Positions 1 through 9,590 of a stretch of DNA of 32,000 nt are shown here, one piece after another; the stretch's first letter is position 1, and each line of letters opens with the position of its first letter. The notes under the pieces were generated by a model. It was not told the origin of the DNA and ran no database searches. It was given only the letters and a program-made list of their open reading frames with translations. Source of the stretch: an uncultured Lentisphaeria bacterium (GTDB lineage: Bacteria > Verrucomicrobiota > Lentisphaeria > JABSQK01 > JAJFLO01); assembly GCA_951812855.1 (NCBI GenBank), contig OX638337.1:210001-242000 (forward strand). The letters run 5' to 3'. The position numbers and the translations under genes were made by a program.

Positions 1-302
1 TTGACTGACAACATGTCTTCCCGAACAAGGTATCGACAAAAGGATCGGAGACTGGAAATTTTTCGAAGTATTGAATTTCGAGCCAGTTCTTTATGAGTTA
101 ATTTCAGTAAAAATTTTCTTGCTGTGCGGATTGTAAAAACGGTATCGTCAATTACCACACACGACTCCGGGATTGCATAGTCTCTAAATTGGGAAATATC
201 TCTTCGATAATTTTCTATTGTATGCGGTGAGGAATCCCGCTCAGTTTTTAAGTAACGAAGAAATTGATCTACAGACTCATCAAAATTTGTTTTTGAATGC
301 AT
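1..302 (-). CDS. Tyrosine recombinase XerC/XerD family, N-terminal part (CDS continues off the left edge)
   Basis: Own translation of the minus strand from the ATG at 302 gives MHSKTNFDESVDQFLRYLKTERDSSPHTIENYRRDISQFRDY...LARNSILRKISSLRSFCRYLVRED. This is the typical SAM-like N-domain of Xer/phage-integrase recombinases. It is absent from the ORF track because no stop lies in the window. Confidence 0.7.
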   Translation of the reverse strand, partial: MHSKTNFDESVDQFLRYLKTERDSSPHTIENYRRDISQFRDYAIPESCVVIDDTVFTIRTARKFLLKLTHKELARNSILRKISSLRSFCRYLVREDMLSV

Positions 303-494
303 GCAATGTTTAACTTAGAAATTATGTCAATTATTACGATCCTGAGTTGACTGATTTATCATTGAATAATAGCTCCCCAAAGCTCTTTTACTAAGTTAAC
401 CAAGTTTTGAAACAACATATTGCTGAGAGACATATTTTTTTATAACCTGATTTCAAATAATGAACTTTGTAACTGAAGCATTTATCTCCCTTTA

Positions 495-642
495 TCGGGG
501 GGTGTAACTTTCGAGGAATCACTGCTCAGATTGGCAAGTGCCATCTTAATCGAAATCAGTGACTAACGGGACGGTGGAAAACGGTATCTGAAAATAGATG
601 ATTAATGACCTGCGATTATCAAATTACAGAAAAAAATTGCAT
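495..642 (+). mobile_element. IS256-family transposase, C-terminal remnant plus IS end (decayed)
   Basis: Plus-frame translation is ..GGVTFEESLLRLASAILIEISD*RDGGKRYLKIDD*. It matches the conserved IS256/Mutator-type C-terminus (FPNEASLLRL..A.L.EI.EEW..G.RYL.M) but carries an in-frame TAA. About 130 nt (513-642) are an inverted copy of 8269-8398. Confidence 0.7.
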
Positions 643-776
643 CACCTTAAAATCCCTGATATCAATCAAGGATTTCTTCACTATTGTAAATATTTCAACA
701 GGACCTTTTCCAAGCCATATTTTTGTATTATTACAAGAAAATTCTGTTGAAAAATGAACCCGGTACAAATCAAAAT

Positions 777-1160
777 TTAGTGCTCGTCATCCTGACCTGG
801 TTTTTGACGCATTTTCTTTTTTCCTGATTGGATTTTCTTCTTATCAAGCTGCCGTTGTTTAACGGCCCTGGATTTTTTCGTTGGAATTCTCTTCGCCGGT
901 GTATAATTTCTTTTTTCAGCTTCTTCACGAAGCTTTTTTAGACAAACAGTCTTGTTTCGATGTTGACTCCTGGATTCCTGACTTGTTACAATGATACCAC
1001 TTTGATGCTTCAAACGCACTGCACTGTTTACAGTATTGACATGCTGCCCTCCCGGAGCAGATGACCGAAATGTCTCAATAATGCATTGATTGAGTAAATC
1101 TCGATCAGACGATGGCAGCAGGATTTTTTGACGTGATCTGTTTTGATTATCAGGATTCAT
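777..1160 (-). CDS. arfB: Alternative ribosome-rescue factor ArfB (YaeJ-type peptidyl-tRNA hydrolase)
   Basis: 127 aa with a GGQ motif ([16 protein letters not shown]), an ESRSQHRN segment, and a long Lys/Arg-rich C-terminal tail. This is the ArfB/YaeJ architecture. Confidence 0.85.
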   Translation of the reverse strand: MNPDNQNRSRQKILLPSSDRDLLNQCIIETFRSSAPGGQHVNTVNSAVRLKHQSGIIVTSQESRSQHRNKTVCLKKLREEAEKRNYTPAKRIPTKKSRAVKQRQLDKKKIQSGKKKMRQKPGQDDEH

Positions 1161-1250
1161 AAGAATTTCCTTGACATTGATCTATTTAACCGGATATTGT
1201 CTGATCTGTATCGTGATAACTTATTCTAATTAAAAAACTAAGGTATCTCA

Positions 1251-2210
1251 ATGTATAATTCGATCTCAACTGCCTATCTTCAAAAAACTGAAGTCTTTTG
1301 TTTCAGAACACTTATACTTCTTGGACTTCTATTTCATAGTTTCATCATTTCAGCGAAAGAAGGAACATCGCACTCAAAATTAAATTTTGACAATGTAGAA
1401 ATTAAGTCAACTCATCTTAATAATAATATCTATATGTTAACCGGAAGAGGTGGCAATATCGGCTTATGTGTCGGTGATGACGGCGTGTTTATGATCGATG
1501 ATGAGTTTGCTCCTCTATCGAATAAAGTTATAAAGGCAGTTCAATCTATAAGTAAAAAACCAATTCGTTTTTTGATTAATACACATTGGCATGACGATCA
1601 TACCGGAGGAAATGAAAATTTCAGTCATTTAGATACATTAATTATTGCCCATGACAATGTTAGAAAACGGTTAAAAAAAGGACAATTCCTCAAAGTATTC
1701 AAGAAAACGATTCCCCCCTATCCTCAAGACGCATTGCCGGTGGTCACTTTTGATCAGAATATTACCTTTCATTTTAATAACGAGGAAATAAAGGTATTTC
1801 ATTTCCCTGATGCACATACCGACGGTGACAGCCTGGTTTTATTTAAAAAGGCAAATGTATTGCATACCGGTGACATCTTTTTTAACGGCATTTATCCGTT
1901 TATCGATAAGTCAAGCAACGGATCTGTCAGTGGCATTATTGCAGCAATTGATCACATCAAAACGATTATAAATGAATCAACTAAAATTATTCCGGGGCAC
2001 GGGCCTGAAGGAAATTTAAGTGATTTGATAGAATACCAGAATATGTTAAAAATTGTTCAATCTCGAATCTTCATTGCTATAAACAAGGGACAATCACTCG
2101 ATGAGGTGGTTTCACAAAAACCGCTGCATGATTTAAATATCAAGTGGGGCGGCGGGTTTCTGAATGAAGAACATTTTACTGAGATTATTTATAACTTGTT
2201 AAATCAATAG
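1251..2210 (+). CDS. Secreted MBL-fold metallo-hydrolase
   Basis: Hydrophobic signal-like N-terminus. HxHxDH motif (HWHDDHTGG), later a His/Asp pair (HTDGDS), HTGD, and a C-terminal GHG. No basis for calling it a beta-lactamase. Confidence 0.85.
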   Translation: MYNSISTAYLQKTEVFCFRTLILLGLLFHSFIISAKEGTSHSKLNFDNVEIKSTHLNNNIYMLTGRGGNIGLCVGDDGVFMIDDEFAPLSNKVIKAVQSISKKPIRFLINTHWHDDHTGGNENFSHLDTLIIAHDNVRKRLKKGQFLKVFKKTIPPYPQDALPVVTFDQNITFHFNNEEIKVFHFPDAHTDGDSLVLFKKANVLHTGDIFFNGIYPFIDKSSNGSVSGIIAAIDHIKTIINESTKIIPGHGPEGNLSDLIEYQNMLKIVQSRIFIAINKGQSLDEVVSQKPLHDLNIKWGGGFLNEEHFTEIIYNLLNQ

Positions 2211-2677
2211 AACGCTTTAATCACGGAGACAGCGGAACAAATTATAATCTGATTAATCACGCCATGGTTAAGTATTGAATGTCGTGTATTGATTTATCAT
2301 CAATAGGGCAGGATTCAACAATATTCCAATCTTTAATGTTAGAATTTGTTGCAAACGCCTGTTCAGATTTTGCAGATAATATATCATCTGCCTTGATAAT
2401 CAGTTTCTGACTTTTTTTTTTTCGTACACGCCCACAAAGACATTAACTGTTTCATCTTCATTAATATGTAAACAGCGACTCTTTCTGCAAGAAAAAAATT
2501 TGCAGCAAAACCCTTCGCCTCACTCAAGCTTTCTGCTTTACAAGAAAATTTTTTAATGTTCCAAATTGTTTAAGTGTATAATGTTCCATATCCAATTGCC
2601 TTGCTGAAAGTTATAACACAACCTCCTGTAATGCAGTAACAATAGACATTTACAGGAGATTCTATATATTAACTATT

Positions 2678-3418
2678 ATGATTAAAAATAGTCTGAATAT
2701 TATTCTGAACGTTCTGTTACTGTCAATTTTCTTTCATATTGGATTATCCTCGGTATTTAGTAAAACGAAAGCCAATAACATAGTAACCACGAAATCAAAA
2801 ATAAGAAAAACCACCTATAAACCACCATTGCGCGGAATGCCTGACAATCGTATTTTTGGCGGCTCCAGAGGCAATAACAGTAACGAAACGTTTCTCACAG
2901 TAATTGCACCAAATCACACTGGATACACAATAAATGGTTCACCTAAATTATATTGGTTCAGTGCTTCGACTATTGAAAAGCCACTGGAATTTTCCTTGAT
3001 TAATCCTGATATTCCGAATCCGATGATTGAAATTATCGTTGATAAAGAGGTAAAAAAAGGAATTCACAGTATAAATTTGAGTCATTATAACATCAGGCTG
3101 CAACCAAACATTGAATATCAATGGTCAGTTTCTATTATTTTTGACCCTGCTGATCGTTCAAGAGATATTGTCTCAACCAGCCCTCTCCTGCGAATCGATA
3201 ATATTATCTCTGCCCCTGTTCCGTCCGGAGAAAAACAAAATCTGAAATCAATTAAAGACTTTGCAGACAGGGGAATTTGGCATGATATGTTTGATCAACT
3301 GTATACGTTATCAAAAAGCACATCGAGTTCAGATGATATTTCACAGCTACTTCAGGATACTCTTATGAATATTGATTTAGCACCTGTCGCTAAATTCTTG
3401 AAATCATCAGTAAAATAG
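2678..3418 (+). CDS. DUF928-like secreted protein
   Basis: Signal-peptide-like N-terminus. Motif order is YKPPLRGMPDNRIFGGSRG, then LTVIAPNHTGYT..SPKLYWF, then YQWSVSIIFDP, then GIWHDMFDQL. This parallels my memory of cyanobacterial DUF928 proteins (PP.RGAP..R.GGGSRG ... LTALVP ... PTF.WY.P ... Y.W ... G.WYDAL). Not verified by search. Confidence 0.6.
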   Translation: MIKNSLNIILNVLLLSIFFHIGLSSVFSKTKANNIVTTKSKIRKTTYKPPLRGMPDNRIFGGSRGNNSNETFLTVIAPNHTGYTINGSPKLYWFSASTIEKPLEFSLINPDIPNPMIEIIVDKEVKKGIHSINLSHYNIRLQPNIEYQWSVSIIFDPADRSRDIVSTSPLLRIDNIISAPVPSGEKQNLKSIKDFADRGIWHDMFDQLYTLSKSTSSSDDISQLLQDTLMNIDLAPVAKFLKSSVK

Positions 3419-3533
3419 AGCCAGTTTACAATTCAAATATAATGGGCAGGCACCTAATCTAATCCGGCTCTCCCAAAATAAAGAATACTGGATGAAAAAC
3501 GATGTACAGATCAAATTTGCTGTCATTTGAAAG

Positions 3534-5006
3534 TTATACATTGTAACTTGAAGAAGCCGTTTCCCCGCCCTGCCCTGTCCAGTTGGTATGAAAAAATTCA
3601 CCTCTTTCTTTATCGATTCGTTCATAGGTATGGGCGCCAAAATAGTCACGCTGTGCCTGTAACAGGTTGGCCGGTAAGCGGGCACAGCGATAGGCATCAT
3701 AATAATTCAGTGCAGAAGTCATTGATGGTAACGGAATACCACAATCAATCGCCTGTTTTGCAATATATCGTAAATCATCTTGAGTATCGATCATTATTTT
3801 CGCAAAATAGGGATCCAATAATAAATTTGTCAGATCAGATTTACTATCAAATGCTTCCTTTATATTTTTTAAAAATCCCGCCCGGATAATACATCCTCCC
3901 CGCCATAACAATGCAATATCCCCATAATTAAGGTCCCAGTCAAACTCTTCCGCGGCAAATTTTAAAAGCTGAAACCCCTGAGCATAAGAACAAATTTTTG
4001 ATGCATAAAGTGCGTTATGCAGTTTATTAATAAATTTATCGGATTGATCAGATATTTTCTGGTTTGAACCTGATAATACCGCTGATGCATACACTCTCTC
4101 AGATTTAAGTGCTGAGAGGCATCGAGTAAAAACAGCCTGCACAATTTGTGGTATCGGTACACCCAATTCCAATCCAGAAATTCCAGTCCATTTTCCGGTT
4201 CCCTTCTGTCCGGCAACATCAAGTATTAAGTCTATTGTTGCTTCCCCGGTCTTCTCATCGGTATGGTCTAAAATTTCTGATGTTATTTCTATCAAATACG
4301 AATTCAGGGGTCCAGAATTCCATGATTTAAAGATTTCGTGTATTTCTCCGGGTGAAAGATTCAATCCGGATTTCAGCAATTGATAGGCCTCACATATAAG
4401 CTGCATATCACTATATTCAATCCCGTTATGAACCATTTTCACATAATGTCCAGCCCCGTCATTACCAACCCATTCACAACATGGAACATCACCATCCACT
4501 TTTGCAGCAATGGACTGCAAAACAGGTTTCACAACAGACCAGGCATCTTCATTGCCACCGGGCATTATCGATGGGCCGTTTAAGGCACCTTCTTCGCCTC
4601 CGGAAATACCGGTTCCTACGAATAGTATTCCCTTTTCATTGACGTATTTTGTCCGTCTAATTGTATCTAAGTAGTGACTGTTTCCGCCATCAATGAGAAT
4701 GTCACCTTCATCCAGGCAAGGAAGAACCTGATCAATGAACTGATCAATTGGATTACCGGCTTTAACCATAATGATTAATTTTCGAGGTTTTGCGAGTACT
4801 GAACATAATTCTTCAACAGTTTTTGTTCCAATAAAATTTTTATTTATCCCCCGTGATTGTAAAAAGTTATCAACCTTTTGTGTCGTTCGGTTATAGACAG
4901 CAACGCAAAATCCATTTTTTTCGATATTTAATGCGAGATTTTCCCCCATAACAGCCAATCCAATCAGACCAATATCAGCACGCTGGAAATTTTTATCTTC
5001 ACCCAT
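3534..5006 (-). CDS. gnd: 6-phosphogluconate dehydrogenase (decarboxylating)
   Basis: Full-length Gnd similarity: GLIGLAVMGENLALN Rossmann motif, GNSHY, GAGHYVKMVHNGIEY, and the C-terminal QRDYFGAHTYER. The ORF track extends to 5114. The ATG at 5006 is preceded by AAGGAA and aligns with normal Gnd N-termini, so I use 5006. Confidence 0.93.
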   Translation of the reverse strand: MGEDKNFQRADIGLIGLAVMGENLALNIEKNGFCVAVYNRTTQKVDNFLQSRGINKNFIGTKTVEELCSVLAKPRKLIIMVKAGNPIDQFIDQVLPCLDEGDILIDGGNSHYLDTIRRTKYVNEKGILFVGTGISGGEEGALNGPSIMPGGNEDAWSVVKPVLQSIAAKVDGDVPCCEWVGNDGAGHYVKMVHNGIEYSDMQLICEAYQLLKSGLNLSPGEIHEIFKSWNSGPLNSYLIEITSEILDHTDEKTGEATIDLILDVAGQKGTGKWTGISGLELGVPIPQIVQAVFTRCLSALKSERVYASAVLSGSNQKISDQSDKFINKLHNALYASKICSYAQGFQLLKFAAEEFDWDLNYGDIALLWRGGCIIRAGFLKNIKEAFDSKSDLTNLLLDPYFAKIMIDTQDDLRYIAKQAIDCGIPLPSMTSALNYYDAYRCARLPANLLQAQRDYFGAHTYERIDKERGEFFHTNWTGQGGETASSSYNV

Positions 5007-5546
5007 TTTATATTCCTTGTAATTGTCTTCTTCATCTGCTTCTTCCGGAGGATCAGGCTCGGCAATCACCACTTCAAGTACGGTCTGAACCTCTTTTTCC
5101 TTTCTGTTTATCACTTAACGAAGCCTGTTTTTTTGATCGAGAACTCTTCGATGGAATGTCCACGGCCTGAATGCCTGTACTTTTCGTGACAATCTGTCTT
5201 AATCGCTTAATCACCGATAAACCATCGCGGCTCATTTTTAATACCGTTTTTTATGTTAAAGGAATTTATTATTTCATAATCGAATGTTATAATTGCTCAC
5301 TCTATCCCGTAATATAATAGTAATGATTTAAGAATAATCTAATAAAATGAGATTGAATAAATTCCCGTCAGTCCGGGAATGTTCCTTCCAGTATAAAAGT
5401 CAAATTAAATATGAAGACAGATTTTGTATAAATAGACGTGTAGCTCTCCTTCAATAATCAGACAGACTTTTTAAAAATATTGAGTCTGATTAAACTGGCA
5501 GGATAACGATAAACCGACCCGACCCAGCAACAGTAAGAATACTATT

Positions 5547-6644
5547 TTGAAAAAAAAAGCAATACAACTTTTAACTGATTTAACCGAAGCACATGGATGT
5601 TCCGGATGTGAATACCCGGTTCGAAACATTGTTCGCAGGGAATTAACCTCAAACTTGACAACGGATAAAAACGGGTCTGTCATTCAGACAATAAAAGGAA
5701 CATCTTCAACACCTGCAGTAATGATAGAAGCCCATATGGATGAAGTCGGATTTATGGTTCAGCAGATAACCGAAAGTGGGTTCATAAAATTTATTCCGAT
5801 TGGCGGATGGTCTCCGGGGACGCTTTTAGCACAACGTGTAAGAATTCTGGGAAGTAACCGCTGTGAAACATTAGGAGTAATTGCAGCAACACCCCCTCAT
5901 TTTCTAAAGAAAGAAGATCAAAATAAACTTACCACTATCGAGGAAATGTACATTGATATCGGTGCAAAAGATTATGATGAGGCAGTGTCTGACTGCGGGA
6001 TTAAAATAGGAGATACTATTGTTCCGGAGAGTCGGATAACACCATTAAGAAATCCTGATTTGTTAATGAGTAAAGCATTCGATAATCGAGTCGGTGTTTC
6101 ACTGGCAATTCAAGCAGCACAATCAATAAAAAAAATGTCACACCCAAATTTGATTTCAGTGGCCGGTTGTGTCCAGGAAGAAGTGGGCACACGAGGCGTA
6201 AAAACCGCGTTGGAACTCATAAATCCTGATGTTGCAATCGTGTTGGAAGGTCCACCTGCTGATGATATGCCGGGAACTGAAAACGAGGGAAATCAGGGAG
6301 TGTTGGGAAAGGGACCTCAAATTCGATTAGTTGATTCTTCTGCGATTCTGAACCGTTCGTTTTCTAATTTTGTGATGAACATAGCCGACCAAAAAAAGAT
6401 TCCTTACCAGGTCGCTGTTCGGCGGAGCGGCGGCACAGACGCCAAAATAATTCAATGGCATGATCTTGGTATTCCCACAATGGTACTCGGAGTTCCGGCA
6501 CGATACATCCACACTCACAATAGCATAATCAATATTAATGATTACCTTGATACACTAAAATTATTAATTGAGGCAGTCAAAAAACTAAATAATTCTGCGG
6601 TCAAACAATTCACTGACTTTTCTGAAAAAGGCACAGTCCAATAG
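5547..6644 (+). CDS. M42 family aminopeptidase (FrvX/YpdE/PepA-like)
   Basis: LTEAHGCSGCEYPVR start region, HMDEVGFMV, FDNRVG, QEEVGTRG, and the C-terminal Y.HT motif are typical of M42 glutamyl-aminopeptidase/endoglucanase-like proteins. The start codon is TTG. Confidence 0.85.
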   Translation: MKKKAIQLLTDLTEAHGCSGCEYPVRNIVRRELTSNLTTDKNGSVIQTIKGTSSTPAVMIEAHMDEVGFMVQQITESGFIKFIPIGGWSPGTLLAQRVRILGSNRCETLGVIAATPPHFLKKEDQNKLTTIEEMYIDIGAKDYDEAVSDCGIKIGDTIVPESRITPLRNPDLLMSKAFDNRVGVSLAIQAAQSIKKMSHPNLISVAGCVQEEVGTRGVKTALELINPDVAIVLEGPPADDMPGTENEGNQGVLGKGPQIRLVDSSAILNRSFSNFVMNIADQKKIPYQVAVRRSGGTDAKIIQWHDLGIPTMVLGVPARYIHTHNSIININDYLDTLKLLIEAVKKLNNSAVKQFTDFSEKGTVQ

Positions 6645-6664
6645 AAGTTCACCAAGGGTTAATC

Positions 6665-8149
6665 ATGTTCGAAGTATATGATATTATTTTGATGATATTT
6701 AAGATTGCGTTTATCATTTTCTTTTTTGGGTTCTGTATATTTATTCACGAATTCGGGCATTTAATTGTCGCAATGTGGCGTGGACTTCATATTGAAAAAT
6801 TTTCAATCGGTTTTGGAAAACCAATCTTCAAATTCCGACGAAAAAACATCGATTATTTAATAAGCTGGTTCCCGTTTGGAGGTTATGTGGCATTACCTCA
6901 ATTGGATCCTTCCGAAAACCCTCAAACAAGTAACGGAAAACCATTACCTTCCGTGAAACCGGCAGATCGGATTCTGACCGCAATTGCCGGACCATTATTT
7001 AATATACTCTTCGGGTTTTTCCTCGCTGTTTTTATATGGCAAATCGGTATAGAAGGCCCCGCACCATCCAAGACATTCACAGTCGGATACGTCCCGGAAA
7101 CTTACCATGACAGTCGGGGGATAGAACAAACAGTGCCGGAGTTTAAAGCCGGAATAAAAGTCGGTGATGTCATTACAGCAGTAAACGGTCAATCTTTTGA
7201 AAAAGGTTGGCAGGAAGCAATGGAGATGATCATTTATTCTCCCCGGGGCATTGTCAGTCTAGACATTTTACGAGATGAGAAACCTCTAAAAGTATCGTAT
7301 AATTTAGTTCCAAACCCTGAGTACGAGGGGTTGGGGTATCCCTTTTTCGGCCCACTTTTACCGACCCGTACAGGGAATGTATTAGACGATTCTCCGGCCA
7401 TGAAGGCGGGATTAAAACAGGGTGATATATTATTGGAAATCAACGGTATTAAAGTTATAAATCCAGAACTTCTCGTGAAAAAAATTCAGGAAATGGGATC
7501 AAGGCCGCTTACCTTTCTGATTGGCAGAGATAATTCCACAATGACAATTTCAGGAGTTAAAGCCGCGTTGCAATCATCAGAGGGTAAAAAACGGTATCTT
7601 ATCGGAATTCAAATTGAATCTGCACCGTCCGAACGCGTTTTGTACCATCCAACCCCCTGGGCACAATTCACGGATGTTATTAATCGTACCTATAAAACAT
7701 TTAGAGGATTATTTGACAAAAAGAATCCGATAAAAGCAAAACACATGAGTGGTCCGGTGGGAATTTTTCATATCCTTTACATAATTGTTAAAAATGCCGG
7801 ATTTGTTGCAGCACTAAATTTAATTATTTTAATTAGTTTCAGTTTAGCGATAATGAATCTTTTCCCACTTCCGATTTTAGATGGCGGTCATATTTTACAG
7901 GGAATATTAGAAGGTTTACTCAGACAGCGAATCCCGTATAAATTGAATTTGTGTTTTTCATACACATTTATGATAATCCTGTTTTGTTTCATGATGTATG
8001 TTACCTATCATGATGCACGTCGTGTCGGAAAACATATAAATCCAAAGACCCCATCTCAAAAAAATGAAACGATTAACAGCCAAAAACAACCCGTTACTAA
8101 TTTAGAAGAAACCGAAAATTCCGGGGAAAAATCAAGAAATCAAAATTAG
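6665..8149 (+). CDS. rseP: Site-2 protease RseP (M50 zinc metalloprotease with PDZ domains)
   Basis: HEFGH zinc motif in TM1. Two PDZ-like segments (GIKVGDVITAVNG, GLKQGDILLEING). C-terminal NLFPLPILDGGH motif. Confidence 0.9.
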   Translation: MFEVYDIILMIFKIAFIIFFFGFCIFIHEFGHLIVAMWRGLHIEKFSIGFGKPIFKFRRKNIDYLISWFPFGGYVALPQLDPSENPQTSNGKPLPSVKPADRILTAIAGPLFNILFGFFLAVFIWQIGIEGPAPSKTFTVGYVPETYHDSRGIEQTVPEFKAGIKVGDVITAVNGQSFEKGWQEAMEMIIYSPRGIVSLDILRDEKPLKVSYNLVPNPEYEGLGYPFFGPLLPTRTGNVLDDSPAMKAGLKQGDILLEINGIKVINPELLVKKIQEMGSRPLTFLIGRDNSTMTISGVKAALQSSEGKKRYLIGIQIESAPSERVLYHPTPWAQFTDVINRTYKTFRGLFDKKNPIKAKHMSGPVGIFHILYIIVKNAGFVAALNLIILISFSLAIMNLFPLPILDGGHILQGILEGLLRQRIPYKLNLCFSYTFMIILFCFMMYVTYHDARRVGKHINPKTPSQKNETINSQKQPVTNLEETENSGEKSRNQN

Positions 8150-8251
8150 ACTGTATGCTTAGAAATCAGAAAAAATTTATTCCTGAAGAGGTAATTGCAT
8201 CGTTATTGAAACGTGAAAACAAAAGCGAACAGTATATTATTGACAGTAAGG

Positions 8252-8281
8252 TTGCCCAGCGAGGGGCAATGCAATTTTTTT
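8252..8281 (+). terminator. Possible Rho-independent terminator downstream of rseP
   Basis: TTGCCC-agcgag-GGGCAA hairpin followed by tgcaaTTTTTTT. It overlaps the outer end of the IS256 remnant, so it may simply be IS-end sequence. Confidence 0.3.
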
Positions 8282-8886
8282 CTGTAATTTGATAATCACG
8301 GGTCACTAATCATCCATTTTCAGGTCCCGTTTTCCAGCGTCCCGTTGGTCACTGATTTCAATCAAAATAACACTTGCCAATCTGAGCAGTGATGCCTCGT
8401 TTGGTAAAAGTGATGCGACGTGTGTTCGTTGCTTTAATTGTTTATTTATGTTTTCTGACATATTAGTGATACGTCATCGTCTATGGTGATGTCCGGGCAA
8501 CTGATATACAGAAAAGCCGTGGCATTGTACTGAAGGTGAACCTGGCAGCGTTGCCGGGGACTCAGGGGAAGCATGTTTTTAATGCGGATTTAAGTCCTTC
8601 ATGGTCATCAGTCGTTATCATTCTGATCCCTGATAAACCCCGTTTTTTCAATGATCGGAGAAAATCTCGCCAATGGACTTCTGCTTCATTAAAGAGATAC
8701 GCTAACGCCAGGAATGGAACGTTTTCCTTGCGTATTTACTCCGGCAGTAATAAGGACATCACACGATTGTAGAGCTCCGTCCTGACGAATTTTTTCGCAG
8801 CGTGCATCAAGGATTAAATAGGCGGTTTATGAAAGAGTTCTGCAGCACCACTTCTCTAATTCATCATCAAGCATGGCTGTAGCACA
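8269..8886 (-). mobile_element. IS256-family transposase pseudogene (5'-truncated, multiple stops and frameshifts)
   Basis: Minus-strand reading gives MLDDELEKWCCRTLS*TAYLILDARCEKIRQDGALQSCDVLITAGVNTQGKRSI.. A frameshift follows, then NEAEVHWREFLRSLKKRGLSGIRMITTDDHEGLKSALKTCFP.. Another frameshift follows, then RQRCQVHLQYN.. and finally LLPNEASLLRLASVILIEISDQRDAGKRDLKMDD*. The order of motifs is the IS256/Mutator transposase core (LDA.Y.KVR, W..FL..L..RGL, D.H.GL..A, WQRCQVH, FPNE.S.LRL). Confidence 0.8.
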
Positions 8887-9098
8887 CCTTTAATCTGCTG
8901 ATATGTCAGGTAAGACGTTGGACCAAAAAATAATTTATAAGCCACAGACAAAGTAAAACAAAGATAGGAATGAGTATTCTATTTTCAAATATCGCTGATA
9001 AATCAGTTGTTTCCATAGTGAATAAGGATAGGAGAATCTTTTTTATTGAAGGATTAAAAAAAGATGATTCGATTAAAATCAGTTGAAGAATCTATCGA

Positions 9099-9554
9099 TT
9101 ATCGGGTAACATATTGAAGAATTTTCAACGCCTGTTCGACATCAAAACATACTGCTGATGCACTGGAATCTATTTCCTTCAAGGCATGGGAAATCTTTGA
9201 ATCGTTCGGATGAATGATGATCAATGACTTTCCATTTGCTAACGCAAAGCCAGCGTCAAAGGCAGCATTCCACTGCCGAAATTTGTCTCCAAACTTAACA
9301 ATAACAATATCAGATTGTTTTATGAGTGTCCGTATTCTAATCGCATTAATATTGGCAGAATGATGATCATTCCAAAATGCAGAATCCTGATTTCCAAGTA
9401 TGCACTCCCCGACGTCGTCACTCATCTCATGATCGGTAATTGGTTCAAACACAGAAACAGGCAATTTCAAATGATCGATACCATTCGTAATTTCCTGTCG
9501 CCAGTTACTGTGGATTTCACCTGATAGATATACGTTTAGATTTAATTTCCTCAT
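9099..9554 (-). CDS. YtoQ family protein (nucleoside 2-deoxyribosyltransferase-like fold, function unknown)
   Basis: 151 aa, colinear with Bacillus subtilis YtoQ as I remember it: VYLSGEIHSNWRQEI, DH..SDDVGE.ILG, IVKFGDKFRQWNAAFDAGFALANGKSLIIIHP, LKEID. From memory only. Confidence 0.7.
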   Translation of the reverse strand: MRKLNLNVYLSGEIHSNWRQEITNGIDHLKLPVSVFEPITDHEMSDDVGECILGNQDSAFWNDHHSANINAIRIRTLIKQSDIVIVKFGDKFRQWNAAFDAGFALANGKSLIIIHPNDSKISHALKEIDSSASAVCFDVEQALKILQYVTR

Positions 9555-9590
9555 TGTAGATAATAATGTTAATTAATAGAAAACCACCAA

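Noticed and set aside
3407-4583. Several 60-120 aa ORFs nested in or antisense to gnd. Similar nested ORFs occur inside thiC (10314-11925), rfbB (15638-16050), M16 (28202-28806), hldC (26004-26386) and others.
   Set aside because: All overlap long, well-supported CDS in other frames and have no recognisable motifs. They are typical shadow ORFs.
5007-5114. 36-codon acidic N-terminal extension of the gnd ORF in the ORF track
   Set aside because: The internal ATG at 5006 has an AAGGAA ribosome-binding site and aligns with the normal Gnd N-terminus just before the GLIGLAVMG Rossmann motif. The extension has no Gnd counterpart.
5074-5235. 53-codon Lys/Arg/Ser-rich ORF on the minus strand upstream of gnd (MSRDGLSVIKRLRQIVTKST...)
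   Set aside because: No family is recognised, the composition is low-complexity, and it overlaps the spurious gnd extension in another frame. Not enough to call a gene.
643-8268. Reading the IS256-bracketed block as a composite transposon carrying cargo
   Set aside because: The enclosed genes (gnd, rseP, arfB, M42 peptidase) are core housekeeping functions. Both IS copies are dead, and I see no flanking target-site duplications. Independent insertions plus possible inversion is the more conservative reading.
8536-8772. 78-aa plus-strand ORF
   Set aside because: It is antisense to the IS256 transposase pseudogene, whose minus-strand reading gives clear family motifs. Spurious.
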